Positions 31,789-42,404 of a stretch of 64,000 bases of DNA are shown piece by piece. The notes under the pieces were generated by a model, which made no database searches, was not told where the DNA came from, and saw nothing but the letters and a program-made list of their open reading frames with translations. A program made the translations under genes and the position numbers. Every line of letters starts with the position of its first letter. The first letter of the stretch is position 1. Source of the stretch: an uncultured delta proteobacterium (lineage in GTDB: Bacteria; Myxococcota_A; Polyangia; Fen-1088); NCBI GenBank assembly GCA_963796685.1, contig CAWCMR010000001.1, forward strand, positions 32,001 to 96,000, read 5' to 3'.

Positions 31789-33486
31789 GTGATCGGTCGC
31801 AGCATCGGCAACTACAAGATCGTCCGCGTGTTGGGGGAAGGTGGCATGGGGACGGTCTATCTGGCGGAACACCCCATGATTGGCAAGCGGGTGGCGGTGA
31901 AGATGTTGCGCCCGGACCTCGGCGCCGATCCTGGGTTGGTCTCGCGTTTCTTCCAGGAAGCCAAGGCGGTCAACGAGATTCGACATCCCAACATCGTCGA
32001 TATCTCCGATTTCGGGCACACCCAGGACGGCATCGTCTACTTCGTGATGGAGCTGATGGAGGGCCAGAGCCTGCGCGACCGGCTGTCGGCATCGGGGCCG
32101 GTGCCCATCGACCTGGCCGTCACCTTCGCCCGCCAAGTGATAGACGCGCTCGCGGCCGCGCACCGTGTCGGCATCGTTCACCGCGACCTCAAGCCGGACA
32201 ACATCTTCCTGGTGACCGATTCGCAGGTTCCGGGCGGCTTCCGCGCCAAGCTGTTCGACTTCGGCGTGGCCAAGCTGCTCGGCGACAAGCAGAGCCAGGT
32301 CGGCCACAAGACCATCGACGGCGCCGTGGTGGGAACGCCTTTCTACATGTCGCCCGAGCAGGCCTTGTGTCACGACGTGGGAACCGCGGCCGATATCTAC
32401 GCCATGGGCGTCGTGATGTACGAGATGGTCACGGGCGCGGTGCCCTTTCGCTCCGAGCAGCTGGTGCTCTTGCTCAATGCCATCTTGAAACAGCCCGCAC
32501 CTCCGCCCAGCCGGCTCCGACCCGAGACACCGCCCTGGCTTGACCGCCTGGTGCTGCGCTGCCTGGAGAAAGATCCGGAAGCGCGGCCACGCAGCATGGA
32601 AGAAATCGGCGCCGTCTTGGCCGCCGGGAGCGCCGAGAGCAAGGGCGGCGAAGTGGCCCTGGGCGCGACCATGATGGCGCCCGTGGGCCTGACCCCGCCG
32701 CCCGTGGCCGTGGGGCAAGTGCCCTCGGCGCGCACGTCCGTCGCACGTCAGCCGACCGTGGCCGGGCAAGCCGCCGTCGCCAGCGGGGCCCCGCCAGGCA
32801 GGGCCCCGTCCGCCAGCGCGTTGCCCAAGCAGACGCAGGTGCGAGGCGGAGCCGCCCGGCCGAGCCAGCCCATGGGGCTGGTCGCGCAGGTCCGCACCTA
32901 CCTCGACACCCGGCGGGTGCAGCGGGTAGCCATTCCGCTCATCGTGATCGTGGCCGTCGGCATCGTGGCCAGCATCTTCGTGTCCGCCGCCGCCAAGCGA
33001 CCCATCACCGAGATCGCGCCCGAGGTCGCCCCGCCATCGCCCGCGCCGCCATCGCACGCCTCCATTCACATCAACTCCGAACCGCCGGGCGCGGAGGTGC
33101 TCCGGCTCAACGACAACCGCGTGCTCGGAACCACCCCCCTGGTGGACATCCGCCCGGCGGACGGGCGCCAGCTCAACTACCGCTTTCGCCTGGCCGGGCA
33201 CACCGATGTGCAGATGCAGTTGCAAGCCGCGACCCCGGGGAAATACGAGCTCACCGCGACGCTTTCGCCCGTCGAGCGCAGGTCGGATTCGGGCAATCGC
33301 GCGGCGGGCGGCTCGGGCCATCGCTCGAGCCACGCGCATGAAAAGAAGCACGAGGCACCTGCGGCCCCGGTCGCCCTGCCCGCGCCGCGCGCCGCTGCCA
33401 TCGCGCCGCCGACGCGCGACAGCTACTCGCCGACCGGGCTGCCACCGCTCGGCGACCGCAACCCGGTCAAACGCCTGGGTCATTGA
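31789..33486 (+). CDS. Membrane Ser/Thr protein kinase with PEGA-like domain
   Basis: GEGGMG, VAVK, HRDLKPDN, DFG, YMSPEQ; TM helix; INSEPPGAEV...GTTP. GTG start at 31789 after TATACT. Confidence 0.93.
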   Translation: MIGRSIGNYKIVRVLGEGGMGTVYLAEHPMIGKRVAVKMLRPDLGADPGLVSRFFQEAKAVNEIRHPNIVDISDFGHTQDGIVYFVMELMEGQSLRDRLSASGPVPIDLAVTFARQVIDALAAAHRVGIVHRDLKPDNIFLVTDSQVPGGFRAKLFDFGVAKLLGDKQSQVGHKTIDGAVVGTPFYMSPEQALCHDVGTAADIYAMGVVMYEMVTGAVPFRSEQLVLLLNAILKQPAPPPSRLRPETPPWLDRLVLRCLEKDPEARPRSMEEIGAVLAAGSAESKGGEVALGATMMAPVGLTPPPVAVGQVPSARTSVARQPTVAGQAAVASGAPPGRAPSASALPKQTQVRGGAARPSQPMGLVAQVRTYLDTRRVQRVAIPLIVIVAVGIVASIFVSAAAKRPITEIAPEVAPPSPAPPSHASIHINSEPPGAEVLRLNDNRVLGTTPLVDIRPADGRQLNYRFRLAGHTDVQMQLQAATPGKYELTATLSPVERRSDSGNRAAGGSGHRSSHAHEKKHEAPAAPVALPAPRAAAIAPPTRDSYSPTGLPPLGDRNPVKRLGH

Positions 33487-33685
33487 GCGCCCTTGAGTGA
33501 ACTATAATCCAGCGATGGCCGCAGAAGGTCGTGGCCGTGGTCGTGGCCGTCGCCGTGGCCGGTTGCAATTGCCCTCGGCAACGGCCATGGCCACGGTAAG
33601 CCGTCTACGCCGTCGTGGAAAACCAGGCCGTGGATGACCTGCTTGACGCTGCGCTGGTAGCGCGGTAGGAAGCCTCGCTCCGCTT

Positions 33686-33757
33686 GCCGCCCTAGCTCAG
33701 TGGTAGAGCATCGCTTTCGTAAAGCGAGGGTCCCCGGTTCAATCCCGGGGGGCGGCT
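33686..33757 (+). tRNA. tRNA-Thr(CGT)
   Basis: GCCGCCC/GGGCGGC acceptor stem, anticodon loop TTCGTAA, GGTTCAATCC T-arm; CCA not encoded; TTGACG-N17-TAGGAA upstream. Confidence 0.95.
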
Positions 33758-33772
33758 CCGGGTTTGGTTCGT

Positions 33773-34072
33773 CTACGGTTGCCCTGCGACGGCCCGCGCT
33801 ACCGCCGTCGCCGAGACGCCAGCGATACGGAGGGTCTTCTTGCGTCCGGTCTGGCCGCGCACGATGGTCACCGCGGAGCGCGCGACCCCGAAGGTTTCAG
33901 CGAGAACGCGCACCACTGCCTCGTTGGCCTTGCCGTCGACCGGTGGCGCGTTCACCGCCACACACAACCGGTCACCCTGAATCGGCCCGACGCCTTCGCG
34001 CGACGAGCGCGGCTTCACGGCGATGTCGACGGTAACCGCCCCGTCCTTTTCGGACATGCGCAGCGTGGACAT
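33773..34072 (-). CDS. DUF167/YggU family protein
   Basis: VKPRSSR, APPVDGKAN and GQTGRKK motifs. Confidence 0.9.
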   Translation of the reverse strand: MSTLRMSEKDGAVTVDIAVKPRSSREGVGPIQGDRLCVAVNAPPVDGKANEAVVRVLAETFGVARSAVTIVRGQTGRKKTLRIAGVSATAVARAVAGQP

Positions 34073-34078
34073 GGCCGA

Positions 34079-36598
34079 TCAGCCGACGACGATGTTCACG
34101 ATTCTGCCGGGCACGACGATCACCTTGCGCACGGTCTTGCCTTCGAGGTGCTTGGCGACGTTCGGCACGGCGAGCGCCTGCTTGCGAATCTCGTCCTCGG
34201 CCGCGCCGCGCGCGACCTCGAGATTGCCGCGCATCTTGCCGTTGACCTGGATCGCCAGCGTGACCACCGCGTCGATGGTCAGGGCGGGATCGAAGGCAGG
34301 CCAAGGCGCGTCGATCAGGAACCCCTTCTCGCCCAGCTTGTCCCACGCCTCGTCGCCCAGGTGGGGCGCGAAGGGGCCGACCAGCTTGACCAGCGCGAGC
34401 AGGTCTTCGCGGCTCGCGCCCTTGGCGGTCAACTCGTTGACGAATTCCATCATGGCGGCGATGGCGGTATTGAAGGCCATGCGCTCCAAATCGCCGGTGA
34501 CCTTCTTGATGGTCTTGTGGCGCAGGCGCAGGTGTTGGTCGTCGGCGGGCGCCTTGTCGGCCGTCCATTCTTCCACCAGCCTCCACACGCGCCTGAGGAA
34601 ACGCGCGCTGCCCTCGATGGCGCGCGGATCCCAGGGCTTGGGCAGCTCGAACTCGCCCATGAACATCTCGTACAGGCGCAAGACGTCCGCGCCGTACTGA
34701 GCGACCACGTCGTCGGGATTGATGCCGTTGAGCATGGATTTCGCCATCTTCTCGACGGAGACCTTCAGCTTTTCGCCGGTGGCCTTCACGAATGCCTCGT
34801 CGCCGCGCAGCTCGACGGTCGCGGGCTCGTGGTAGCGGCCCAGGCCGTCCTGGTACGAGAACGCGAGCACCGTGCCCTGGTGGCGCAGCTTCTTGAATGG
34901 CTCGGGCGTGGACACAAGGCCCAGATCGAAGAGCACCTTGTGCCAGAAACGCGCGTAGAGCAGGTGCAAGACCGCGTGCTCGGCCCCGCCGACATAGAGA
35001 TCGACGGGCTGCCATTGCTTTTCGACCTCGGGCGACCACGCGGCCTGGTCGTTGTGCGCGTCGAGGTAGCGCAGGTAGTACCAGCACGAGCCGGCCCACT
35101 GGGGCATGGTGTTGGTCTCGCGCTTGGCCGGGGCGCCGCAGGTCGGACAGGTGGTGTTGACCCAGGATTCGATCCCGGCCAGCGGCGATTCGCCCGTGCC
35201 TGTCGGCTCGTAGCGCTCGACCTCGGGCAACTTCACCGGCAGCTCGGACTCGAGCACCGGAACCACGCCGTGGGTCTGGCAGTGCACGACGGGAATCGGC
35301 TCGCCCCAGTAGCGCTGGCGCGAAAACACCCAGTCGCGCAGGCGGTAGCTGACCGTGGCGCGGCCGAGGCTCTTGGCTTCGAGGTAGGCGCAGATCTTCT
35401 TCTTCGCCTCCACGGTCGTGAGGCCGTCGAGCATTCCGGAATCGACGTTGATGCCCTCGTCGCAGAAAGCCTTGCCGGTCTCGGGCGTGCTGCCGTCAGA
35501 TGGCCGCACCACCTGTTTGATGGGCAGACCGAACTTGGTCGCGAACTCGTAGTCGCGTTGGTCGTGCGCGGGCACGGCCATGATGGCGCCGGTGCCGTAG
35601 GTCGCGAGCACGTAGTCCGCGATCCAAATGGGCGTGCGTTCTCCGTTCACGGGATTGAGCGCAAAGGCGCCGGTAAACGCGCCCGTCTTGTCCTTGCCGA
35701 GGTCGGTGCGCTCGAGATCGCTCTTCTTGCGCGCGCTGTCTTGGTAGGCACGCACCACCTCACGCTGCTCGGCCGTGGTGATGCGTTCCACCAGCGGGTG
35801 CTCGGGCGAAAGCACGACGTAGGTCGCGCCGAACAGGGTGTCGGGGCGCGTGGTGAAGACCTTGATCTCCTCGCCGGCCCAACCGTCCTTGCCGCTGACG
35901 CGGAAGACGGCCTCGGCGCCCTCGGAGCGTCCGATCCAGTTGCGCTGCATGGCCAGCGTCGACTCCGGCCAATCGACCAGCGCCAAGTCCTCGAGCAGCC
36001 GGTCCGCGTAGCGCGTGATGCGCAGGAGCCACTGGCGCATGTCCTTGCGCTCGACGCCGTGACCGCAACGTTCGCAGCGCCCCTGCGTGACTTCTTCGTT
36101 GGCAAGTCCGGTCTTGCACGACGGGCACCAGTTGATGGGGATGGTGCCCTCGTAGGCCAACCCTCGCTTGTAGAGCTGCAGAAAGATCCACTGCGTCCAC
36201 TTCACGTAGCCCGCATCGGTGGTGTTGACCTCGCGCTCCCAGTCGTAGGCGAAGCCCACCGAATCGATCTGGCGGCGGAAATTGGCGATGGCCTTTTCCG
36301 TGGTCGCGCGCGGATGGATGCCGGTCTTGATGGCGTAGTTTTCCGCCGGCAGACCGAAGGCGTCCCAGCCCATGGGGTGCAAGACATTGAACCCCTGCAT
36401 GCGCTTCCAGCGCGTGATGATGTCGGTCGCGGTGTAGCCCTCGCAGTGCCCGACGTGCAGGCCCGAGCCCGACGGATAGGGGAACATGTCGAGGGCGTAG
36501 AACTTCGGCCGCTTCGGATCGAACGTCGTGCGATGCAGCTTGGACTCGCGCCAACGCGCCTGCCACTTGGGTTCTGTGATGCGGTGTTCGTAAGGCAT
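34079..36598 (-). CDS. leuS: Leucine--tRNA ligase
   Basis: MFPYPSG, HVGH, GWDAFGLPAEN, FTTRPDT editing domain, KMAKS; start at ATG 36598. Confidence 0.97.
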   Translation of the reverse strand: MPYEHRITEPKWQARWRESKLHRTTFDPKRPKFYALDMFPYPSGSGLHVGHCEGYTATDIITRWKRMQGFNVLHPMGWDAFGLPAENYAIKTGIHPRATTEKAIANFRRQIDSVGFAYDWEREVNTTDAGYVKWTQWIFLQLYKRGLAYEGTIPINWCPSCKTGLANEEVTQGRCERCGHGVERKDMRQWLLRITRYADRLLEDLALVDWPESTLAMQRNWIGRSEGAEAVFRVSGKDGWAGEEIKVFTTRPDTLFGATYVVLSPEHPLVERITTAEQREVVRAYQDSARKKSDLERTDLGKDKTGAFTGAFALNPVNGERTPIWIADYVLATYGTGAIMAVPAHDQRDYEFATKFGLPIKQVVRPSDGSTPETGKAFCDEGINVDSGMLDGLTTVEAKKKICAYLEAKSLGRATVSYRLRDWVFSRQRYWGEPIPVVHCQTHGVVPVLESELPVKLPEVERYEPTGTGESPLAGIESWVNTTCPTCGAPAKRETNTMPQWAGSCWYYLRYLDAHNDQAAWSPEVEKQWQPVDLYVGGAEHAVLHLLYARFWHKVLFDLGLVSTPEPFKKLRHQGTVLAFSYQDGLGRYHEPATVELRGDEAFVKATGEKLKVSVEKMAKSMLNGINPDDVVAQYGADVLRLYEMFMGEFELPKPWDPRAIEGSARFLRRVWRLVEEWTADKAPADDQHLRLRHKTIKKVTGDLERMAFNTAIAAMMEFVNELTAKGASREDLLALVKLVGPFAPHLGDEAWDKLGEKGFLIDAPWPAFDPALTIDAVVTLAIQVNGKMRGNLEVARGAAEDEIRKQALAVPNVAKHLEGKTVRKVIVVPGRIVNIVVG

Positions 36599-36668
36599 GA
36601 AGCCGCGGGAGTTTACAACACTCCGTAGCGGATCGAAGGCGCATTTGGGTGCCATCGAGTTGCCCGCG

Positions 36669-36725
36669 GCCCCCTCACCCGCCTCGCTGCGCTCGGCGAC
36701 CTCTCCCCGCTGCGCGGGGCGAGGT
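36669..36725. repeat. REP-like palindrome, second copy
   Basis: CCCCTCACCC...CTCTCCCCGCTGCGCGGGGCGAGG shared with 17591-17631. Confidence 0.65.
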
Positions 36726-36728
36726 GGT

Positions 36729-38963
36729 CTACGGGCCGCTGCTCTCGTCCTCGCTATCCCCGTAGTCTACCCCCGGCTTGGGCACGAAGGTCTCGATGGG
36801 GTGCTTGAGCTTGCCCATGATGCGACCTTCGGTGACCAGCACGGGAACGGGCTGCTTGAGCTCGTAGTAGTAGCCGCGGGTATCGAGCAGGTACTCGTAC
36901 TCTTTGTCCTCGTAGGTGAAGCGCTTGCGCAGGTTGAGCGGCAGGTTGCCCACGCGTTCGAACGGTCGCCGGCGCAGGATGAAGTCGAACAGGCGCACGG
37001 CGCGGCTGTTCACCAGACGGTGGCAGCCGTGGGAAAAGCGCCGCGCGATGGAGGTGTAGTCGTCCGAGCCGTGGGTGCGGATCTGGTTGTCGAAGAGCTT
37101 GCCGCCCGACTTGCGGTGATGAATCGCCAGCACCAGGCCGTAGGCCGACTGGAAGCCGGGGCCCATCACGTCGGTGTTCACGACCGTCACCGGGCCCACG
37201 TCGCGATCCAGCGTCTTGCGCGTGAGCAGCTCCTTGGCCGGCGTGCTGTCGGGCGGTATCCACACCGGGCTGGCCACGATCTCTGGCCAGATGCGTGGCC
37301 CCACGTCCGAGTTCTTGTACTTGTAGTACACCTTGCCGTTCGGGTGGGTTTCGCTGCGCCACGAGCCGATGGTCGTGCGCCAGCGCACGAGCGGAATCTT
37401 CTGGCTCTGCCAGTCGACGAACAAGGTCAGGGTGGGGAAATTCACGCGCGGCTGCGCGATGGGCTTGCCGTCTTCGTCGAAGGGAAAATCGTACCAGACG
37501 TCGCCGCGGTCGATCTCGACGGACAATTCCATGTGCGGACCGTAGTAGGGCGGCAAGGGCGCCGGACGATACGCCACGTGCAAGGTCGCCAGTCCTTCGC
37601 GCCCCACCCGGTGCAAAAAGGCGGCGACGTCGTCGGGCGTGCGAATCTTCAACTCGGTCATCAGCGCCTCGGCATCGTCGCCGACCAGGTTCGGTACCGG
37701 CTGCTCCTTCCCGGCAGCGTCCTTGTAGACCGCGGGCGTTCTGCCCCCGGCGGCCGAGCCGTCCTCGACGATGCCTGCCGCGTCCGCGATGCGCTCCATC
37801 AGGATGCGGCGGAAGGTCTCGAGGTGCAGGTCCATCGGTGGCTGCTGCAGCGCCGCCAGGGTTTCGCCGCCGAGAAAACCCCAGCCGAAGATGTCGTTCT
37901 TGCGCTCCCAAGCCGCCAGGGCCTGATTGGTCGCCAGATCGAAGAGACCGTGCACGTACTTGGTTCTGGGGCTGAGCAAGCCCTCGCAGATGAGGCGAGC
38001 CTGCACGGCGCGCACGGCCCGCAAGCGCGCCTGGCCCCGCCGGTAACGCTCGATGCGCGCGGCCTGTCTGCGGTCCTCGTGGGCGATGCGCGCCAGCAGG
38101 GCATCGCGCTCGTCGTCCGCATGCGATCTGTCGCCTTTGGGCGCCATCTGCACCTTGCCGGTGGTCGCATCCGCCGCCGACTTGTCGCCATCCAGGATCT
38201 TTTCCACCCACGCAGCGTCGGAGAGCGCCTCGCCGTATTCGCGCTTGGACTGCTCGCGGCTCTGGTAGGTCACCAGGCCGGCGAAGGTCGCAAGCCCGGG
38301 CAAGTCCACCTGATCGTAGCAGCGCTTGCCCCGATCTTCCTCGAAGCGCGCCAGCAGCACCGACAGCGTCGGCGGGATTCCATACGCTTCGAGATAATTG
38401 CGATCGCGCTGCACCCGCACCGCGCGCTTGGCCTCGGCGATGGCGCGCTTGCCCTCGCTGCTCTCGGCAGCGCCCTGCTCGAGGGGAATGCCCGCCGCGG
38501 ACAGCGCCGCGAGCGCACCCTGCGGGGTTTCCATCAGCAGCTCCTCCGGGCTCCTGCGGTCGTTGGCCAAGGCGATGAAGGTACGACGGTAGCTGTTCGG
38601 TTTGGCGGGACGTCCCGGCCCATCGGATTCGCTGAAGATGAAGGGCGCCCATTCATCCGAGAGATCCACGTCGAGCAGGCCCTGCGCGCGCGCCTCGGCC
38701 ATGGGCCCGCGGCGAACGCCGGCAGCGCCGAGCACGTAGGTTTCGCCCGCAGCCAGCGGACCGTGCGCATCCCAGGGCTCGACCGGCGCTGCGGCTTCAA
38801 CGGCAGGTACACGCGCGGCATCGAGGCGGCCAGCCTGATCCGCGGCAGGAGCCGACACCGGCTTGTGCTCGCACGCCACGGCCAGCGTCGCAAGCAAGGC
38901 GACGATGGGTACGAGGGTCGAGTTGCGGTCTCGGATGATGTAGCCTCTAGCCGATTCGAACAT
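36729..38963 (-). CDS. L,D-transpeptidase (YkuD family) lipoprotein with peptidoglycan-binding-like segment
   Basis: IRTHGS...SHGCHRL catalytic motif, GLFDLATNQALAAW segment, lipobox AVA|C; start uncertain. Confidence 0.8.
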   Translation of the reverse strand: MFESARGYIIRDRNSTLVPIVALLATLAVACEHKPVSAPAADQAGRLDAARVPAVEAAAPVEPWDAHGPLAAGETYVLGAAGVRRGPMAEARAQGLLDVDLSDEWAPFIFSESDGPGRPAKPNSYRRTFIALANDRRSPEELLMETPQGALAALSAAGIPLEQGAAESSEGKRAIAEAKRAVRVQRDRNYLEAYGIPPTLSVLLARFEEDRGKRCYDQVDLPGLATFAGLVTYQSREQSKREYGEALSDAAWVEKILDGDKSAADATTGKVQMAPKGDRSHADDERDALLARIAHEDRRQAARIERYRRGQARLRAVRAVQARLICEGLLSPRTKYVHGLFDLATNQALAAWERKNDIFGWGFLGGETLAALQQPPMDLHLETFRRILMERIADAAGIVEDGSAAGGRTPAVYKDAAGKEQPVPNLVGDDAEALMTELKIRTPDDVAAFLHRVGREGLATLHVAYRPAPLPPYYGPHMELSVEIDRGDVWYDFPFDEDGKPIAQPRVNFPTLTLFVDWQSQKIPLVRWRTTIGSWRSETHPNGKVYYKYKNSDVGPRIWPEIVASPVWIPPDSTPAKELLTRKTLDRDVGPVTVVNTDVMGPGFQSAYGLVLAIHHRKSGGKLFDNQIRTHGSDDYTSIARRFSHGCHRLVNSRAVRLFDFILRRRPFERVGNLPLNLRKRFTYEDKEYEYLLDTRGYYYELKQPVPVLVTEGRIMGKLKHPIETFVPKPGVDYGDSEDESSGP

Positions 38964-38988
38964 CCAAGGCAAGGGAGCGCGACCAAAC

Positions 38989-39369
38989 ATGCCATCCATC
39001 GCCATCCTCGGCGCGTCGAACGACCGGGAAAAATTCGGCAACCGCGCCGTGCGCGCGTATGTCACGCAGGGCTGGACCGTGTACCCGGTCAACCCCAAGG
39101 AAGCCCAGATCGAAGGGCTGCCCTGCTACCGCGGCGTCGCCGAGCTTCCCGGGCCCGTCGACCGCGCCTCGCTTTACGTGCCGCCCGCCGTCGGTATCCA
39201 GCTGCTCGACGCCATCCGCGCCCGCGGCGCCAAGGAGCTTTGGGTCAACCCCGGCTCGGGCAGCCCCGAGCTGCTGGCCCGCGCCGAAGAGCTCGGCCTC
39301 ACCGCCGTCGAGGCCTGCAGCATCATCGCCGCCAGCGAGGATCCCGAGTCGTGCGCCGTCGAACCGTGA
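38989..39369 (+). CDS. CoA-binding protein (YccU-like)
   Basis: IAILGAS, YPVNP and LWVNPG motifs. Confidence 0.9.
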   Translation: MPSIAILGASNDREKFGNRAVRAYVTQGWTVYPVNPKEAQIEGLPCYRGVAELPGPVDRASLYVPPAVGIQLLDAIRARGAKELWVNPGSGSPELLARAEELGLTAVEACSIIAASEDPESCAVEP

Positions 39370-39479
39370 GAACGGCCACTTCGGGGCGAATCCCCCGGCA
39401 CGCAGCAACTGGTTGACACCCGCTGCCCATGCGGGTAGATCGTTGCGGCTCGAAACGTTGACCATCTACGTTTCGGCAT

Positions 39480-39553
<74 letters not shown>

Positions 39554-39558
39554 CAACG

Positions 39559-39586
39559 CCCCTTGGGAGAAATCCCAAGGGGTTTT
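39559..39586 (+). terminator. Rho-independent terminator
   Basis: CCCCTTGGGA-GAAA-TCCCAAGGGG followed by TTTT. Confidence 0.8.
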
Positions 39587-39757
39587 GCTTATTGGGGGCA
39601 TGCTCTGACTCTCACCGTCACGAACTGTCACAGCAACTCTCACAGTTCGCCCGTCCTGTGCCGAAAGTGGATCTGATGAAATCGTCGTGATATCGAGCGG
39701 TTCTCCTCGGTCCGCCCCAGCTCAAGATCGGTGAGGACCAGGGGTTTTGGTACCCTG

Positions 39758-40087
39758 ATGGCCACGAGAAAGACTTCCCTGAACTTGCCGTTGCCGCTCC
39801 AGTTTCTAGCGGCGTGGCTCGCGGTGTGGCTCGGCCGGGTTCTCCAAGAGCAAGTCGACTATCTAAAGGCTGAGAATCTGCTCCTACGAGTAAAGCTCGG
39901 CACGAAGCGGTTGAGTCTTACCGACGCGGAGCACTGTCGGCTGGCGATGCTGCGAAGACAGGGGCGGCCGAAGACCGCGGCTGACATCGCGGCCCTCATC
40001 GTCAGGATGGCGAGCGAGAACAGCTGGGGCTACACACGCATCAAGGGCGCGCTCAAAAACCTGGGCCACAAGGTCACAAGTTGGTAA
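39758..40087 (+). pseudogene. N-terminal fragment of an integrase-core transposase
   Basis: QVDYLKAEN..LR..LG..RL.LTD and GRP...IVRMASENSWGYTRIKGALKNLGH segments typical of this family; internally deleted and truncated. Confidence 0.75.
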
Positions 40088-40165
40088 CCATCGCTCGCAG
40101 GAAAGCCTGCAAGACACACCGCAAAGATTCCGGTTTTCTCTGGCGAACGCGTGCCCGGCTCCGGC

Positions 40166-42404
40166 TCAGGAGGAAGACGGTGCTGACTCTGGTGGCTCCA
40201 ACGGCGCCCACTCGCGAAGTCTCGCCTGCCAATAGCCAAAGGGTATGCCGCTGCCAAGGTAATCCGGAATCGACTTTAGCTTCGCGGCCGCTCGGACCCA
40301 AACCGGCCCTGTGTCGAGCACGAAAGTCTCGGTCAGTGCGGACAAATACTCATACCCGAGAGCGACCACACGTGCGCGTAGCTCGTCGAGCACGATGGCC
40401 TGGATCTCCGTTTGATTCTTGACCGCAGGTACGATGGCCATGGCCTGCAGATAGAACGTGTTGCCTTCTCCGTGGTGCGGATCCGAGTGCACGCCTGCCT
40501 CATCGTAATTCTCGAGCGGACTCCCCAGCGCATAGGCAATGATGCGGCCCGAGACCGAGTCGCGCAAAGCGACCCCTATCCCTCGCGCCGCGGTCATCGA
40601 GATCTCGAGAGCGCTCGCCGGATATTGCAGCAAGGGCCTTCGGCCCGAGCGCAAAGTCTCTTCGGGGTACTGTGCGATGGTGCCGTACCTAGCGATCTCT
40701 ACCGCCATGATTTGTTCAAGCAGGGGCTCGAACGCCGCTGCATTCAAGTCGACAACTTGGACTCCGGCACGCGGGACGTCGAGCGCCCCCACGCGGAGTC
40801 GGCCCATTAGGAGGCCCCGCCTGGGCATGTCCGGAGCGGACATCGTCGATGGCACTCTTTAACAGGCTCACTGCTTCTTCCAGGGCCCTCGGGTGCATGT
40901 CGAATCGGGGATAGAATCGCAGGGTACGTTCCCCAGCAGGCAATAGAATGAGCCCTCGCCGGAAGGAACGGTCCCGAAGGGCATCGCGCAAGTCGGGGCG
41001 CGCGACGTCGAAGGCGAGCATGCAACCCGCTCCACGGATGTGATGGATGAGGTCACGGTACTCGAGCTCCAACGCTTTGAGCTGGGAGCGCGCGAGAGCC
41101 CCGGTGCGACGAACCTGTTCGAGGTCTACCTTCTCAAGCGTGGTCAAGAGGCGGATCATGCCGACCGAATCGCCCTCCCACGTGGTGTTGAACTTCTTTT
41201 CTTCTTGGAAGAACGCCGCGAGCTCTTCGCTTACGAAAAGGATCCCGTTCTGCGCCTTCTTCGCCCACATGACAGCGTCCGGAGGCAGCGGGAGGTCGAA
41301 GGCTTGGTGCGCCCAAAACGAGCCCGTTAGCCCGCCCCCGGTCTGCACTTCGTCGAACATGAGCGGAACGCCGTACAGAGCAGTAAGCAAGCGAAGCCGT
41401 CGAAAGAATTCTGGACGAGCGATTCGGACGCCGCCTTCACCCTGGATGGGTTCCACCAGCACGGCCGCCGCCCGAAGCGCCCTGCTCAGGATTTCCTTGG
41501 GAATCGCCGCGCGAGCGCCATCGAGTCGATGCAATAGTTCGTCGTTAGGCGCCCGCAAGAGCAGTTCGATGAGCTCCATGTCATGTTTGAATCCATCCTT
41601 GCTCCGAAGCTCCGTCGCTCTTCGCCCGGTGAGCAGCTCCCAAACCCGACGCAGGCTACGTTCCTCTCGACGGCTCGTATCCTGGGGAGAATCCGGATCT
41701 TCGAAGGGGAATGGGACATGGGGCCAGTCGAAGGTGGGGAATCCGGCACGTGCCTTCTTTCGTTGCGTGACCGCCAGACATCCCAGCGTACGCCCGTGGA
41801 ACGCGCCGTCGAACGAGATCACGAACAGGGCGGATGTGGATACGTCGGTCATGCGTACGCGATGGAGCAGGACGGCCTTCATGCCATTTTCGACTGTCTC
41901 CGCGCCCGTGTTGACCACGAAATGGCGAGGTGTTCCGGACGGCGCAATGGCATCGAGCCGGCTCTTCAAGCGAAGCGACAGGGCGGTCTGATACTCGCAA
42001 TGAGCATAGCGAGAAACGAGGTTCGCCGGTGACGAGAGTACGGCAGCCACCATGTCAGGATCGTTTTCGCCGAACGGTTGGGTCGCGATCTGGGCGCCCA
42101 AGTCCAAAAATCGGTAACGCGCGCCGGAAGCATCGGAGTCGACGGTGGCGAGGTAGGGACCCACGCTTTCCGATGCGTCGAAGGCCACAGGAAGCGAAAA
42201 GAACAGGCCGCGAGAGGCAGCCTCCAAGGCTCGGTGCGAGGCCGGCAGGAACGCCGCTACGACCTCGTCCAAGGGACGAGCGTGATCGAGCCACGCATCT
42301 GGCACATGAACACGGAACTCGCCTGCCCGATACTGGGCGTCGAGCTCTCGGACCCGTTGCACGAACGCCGCAACCGCTTGCACCGGAGCTTCGAGATCGA
42401 TCAT
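40166..42404 (-). CDS. Class-III PLP aminotransferase (lysine 6-aminotransferase-like) with probable C-terminal GNAT-like domain, frameshift near 40800
   Basis: TGAETVEN, FHGRT, EPIQGEGG, FDEVQTG and AKKAQ motifs; overlapping ORF 40166-40855 continues in another frame. Confidence 0.75.

Noticed and set aside
21065-39416. Very long antisense ORFs (21065-24604, 33764-36628, 36597-39416 and others)
   Set aside because: They are shadows of real GC3-rich genes on the opposite strand and lack motifs.
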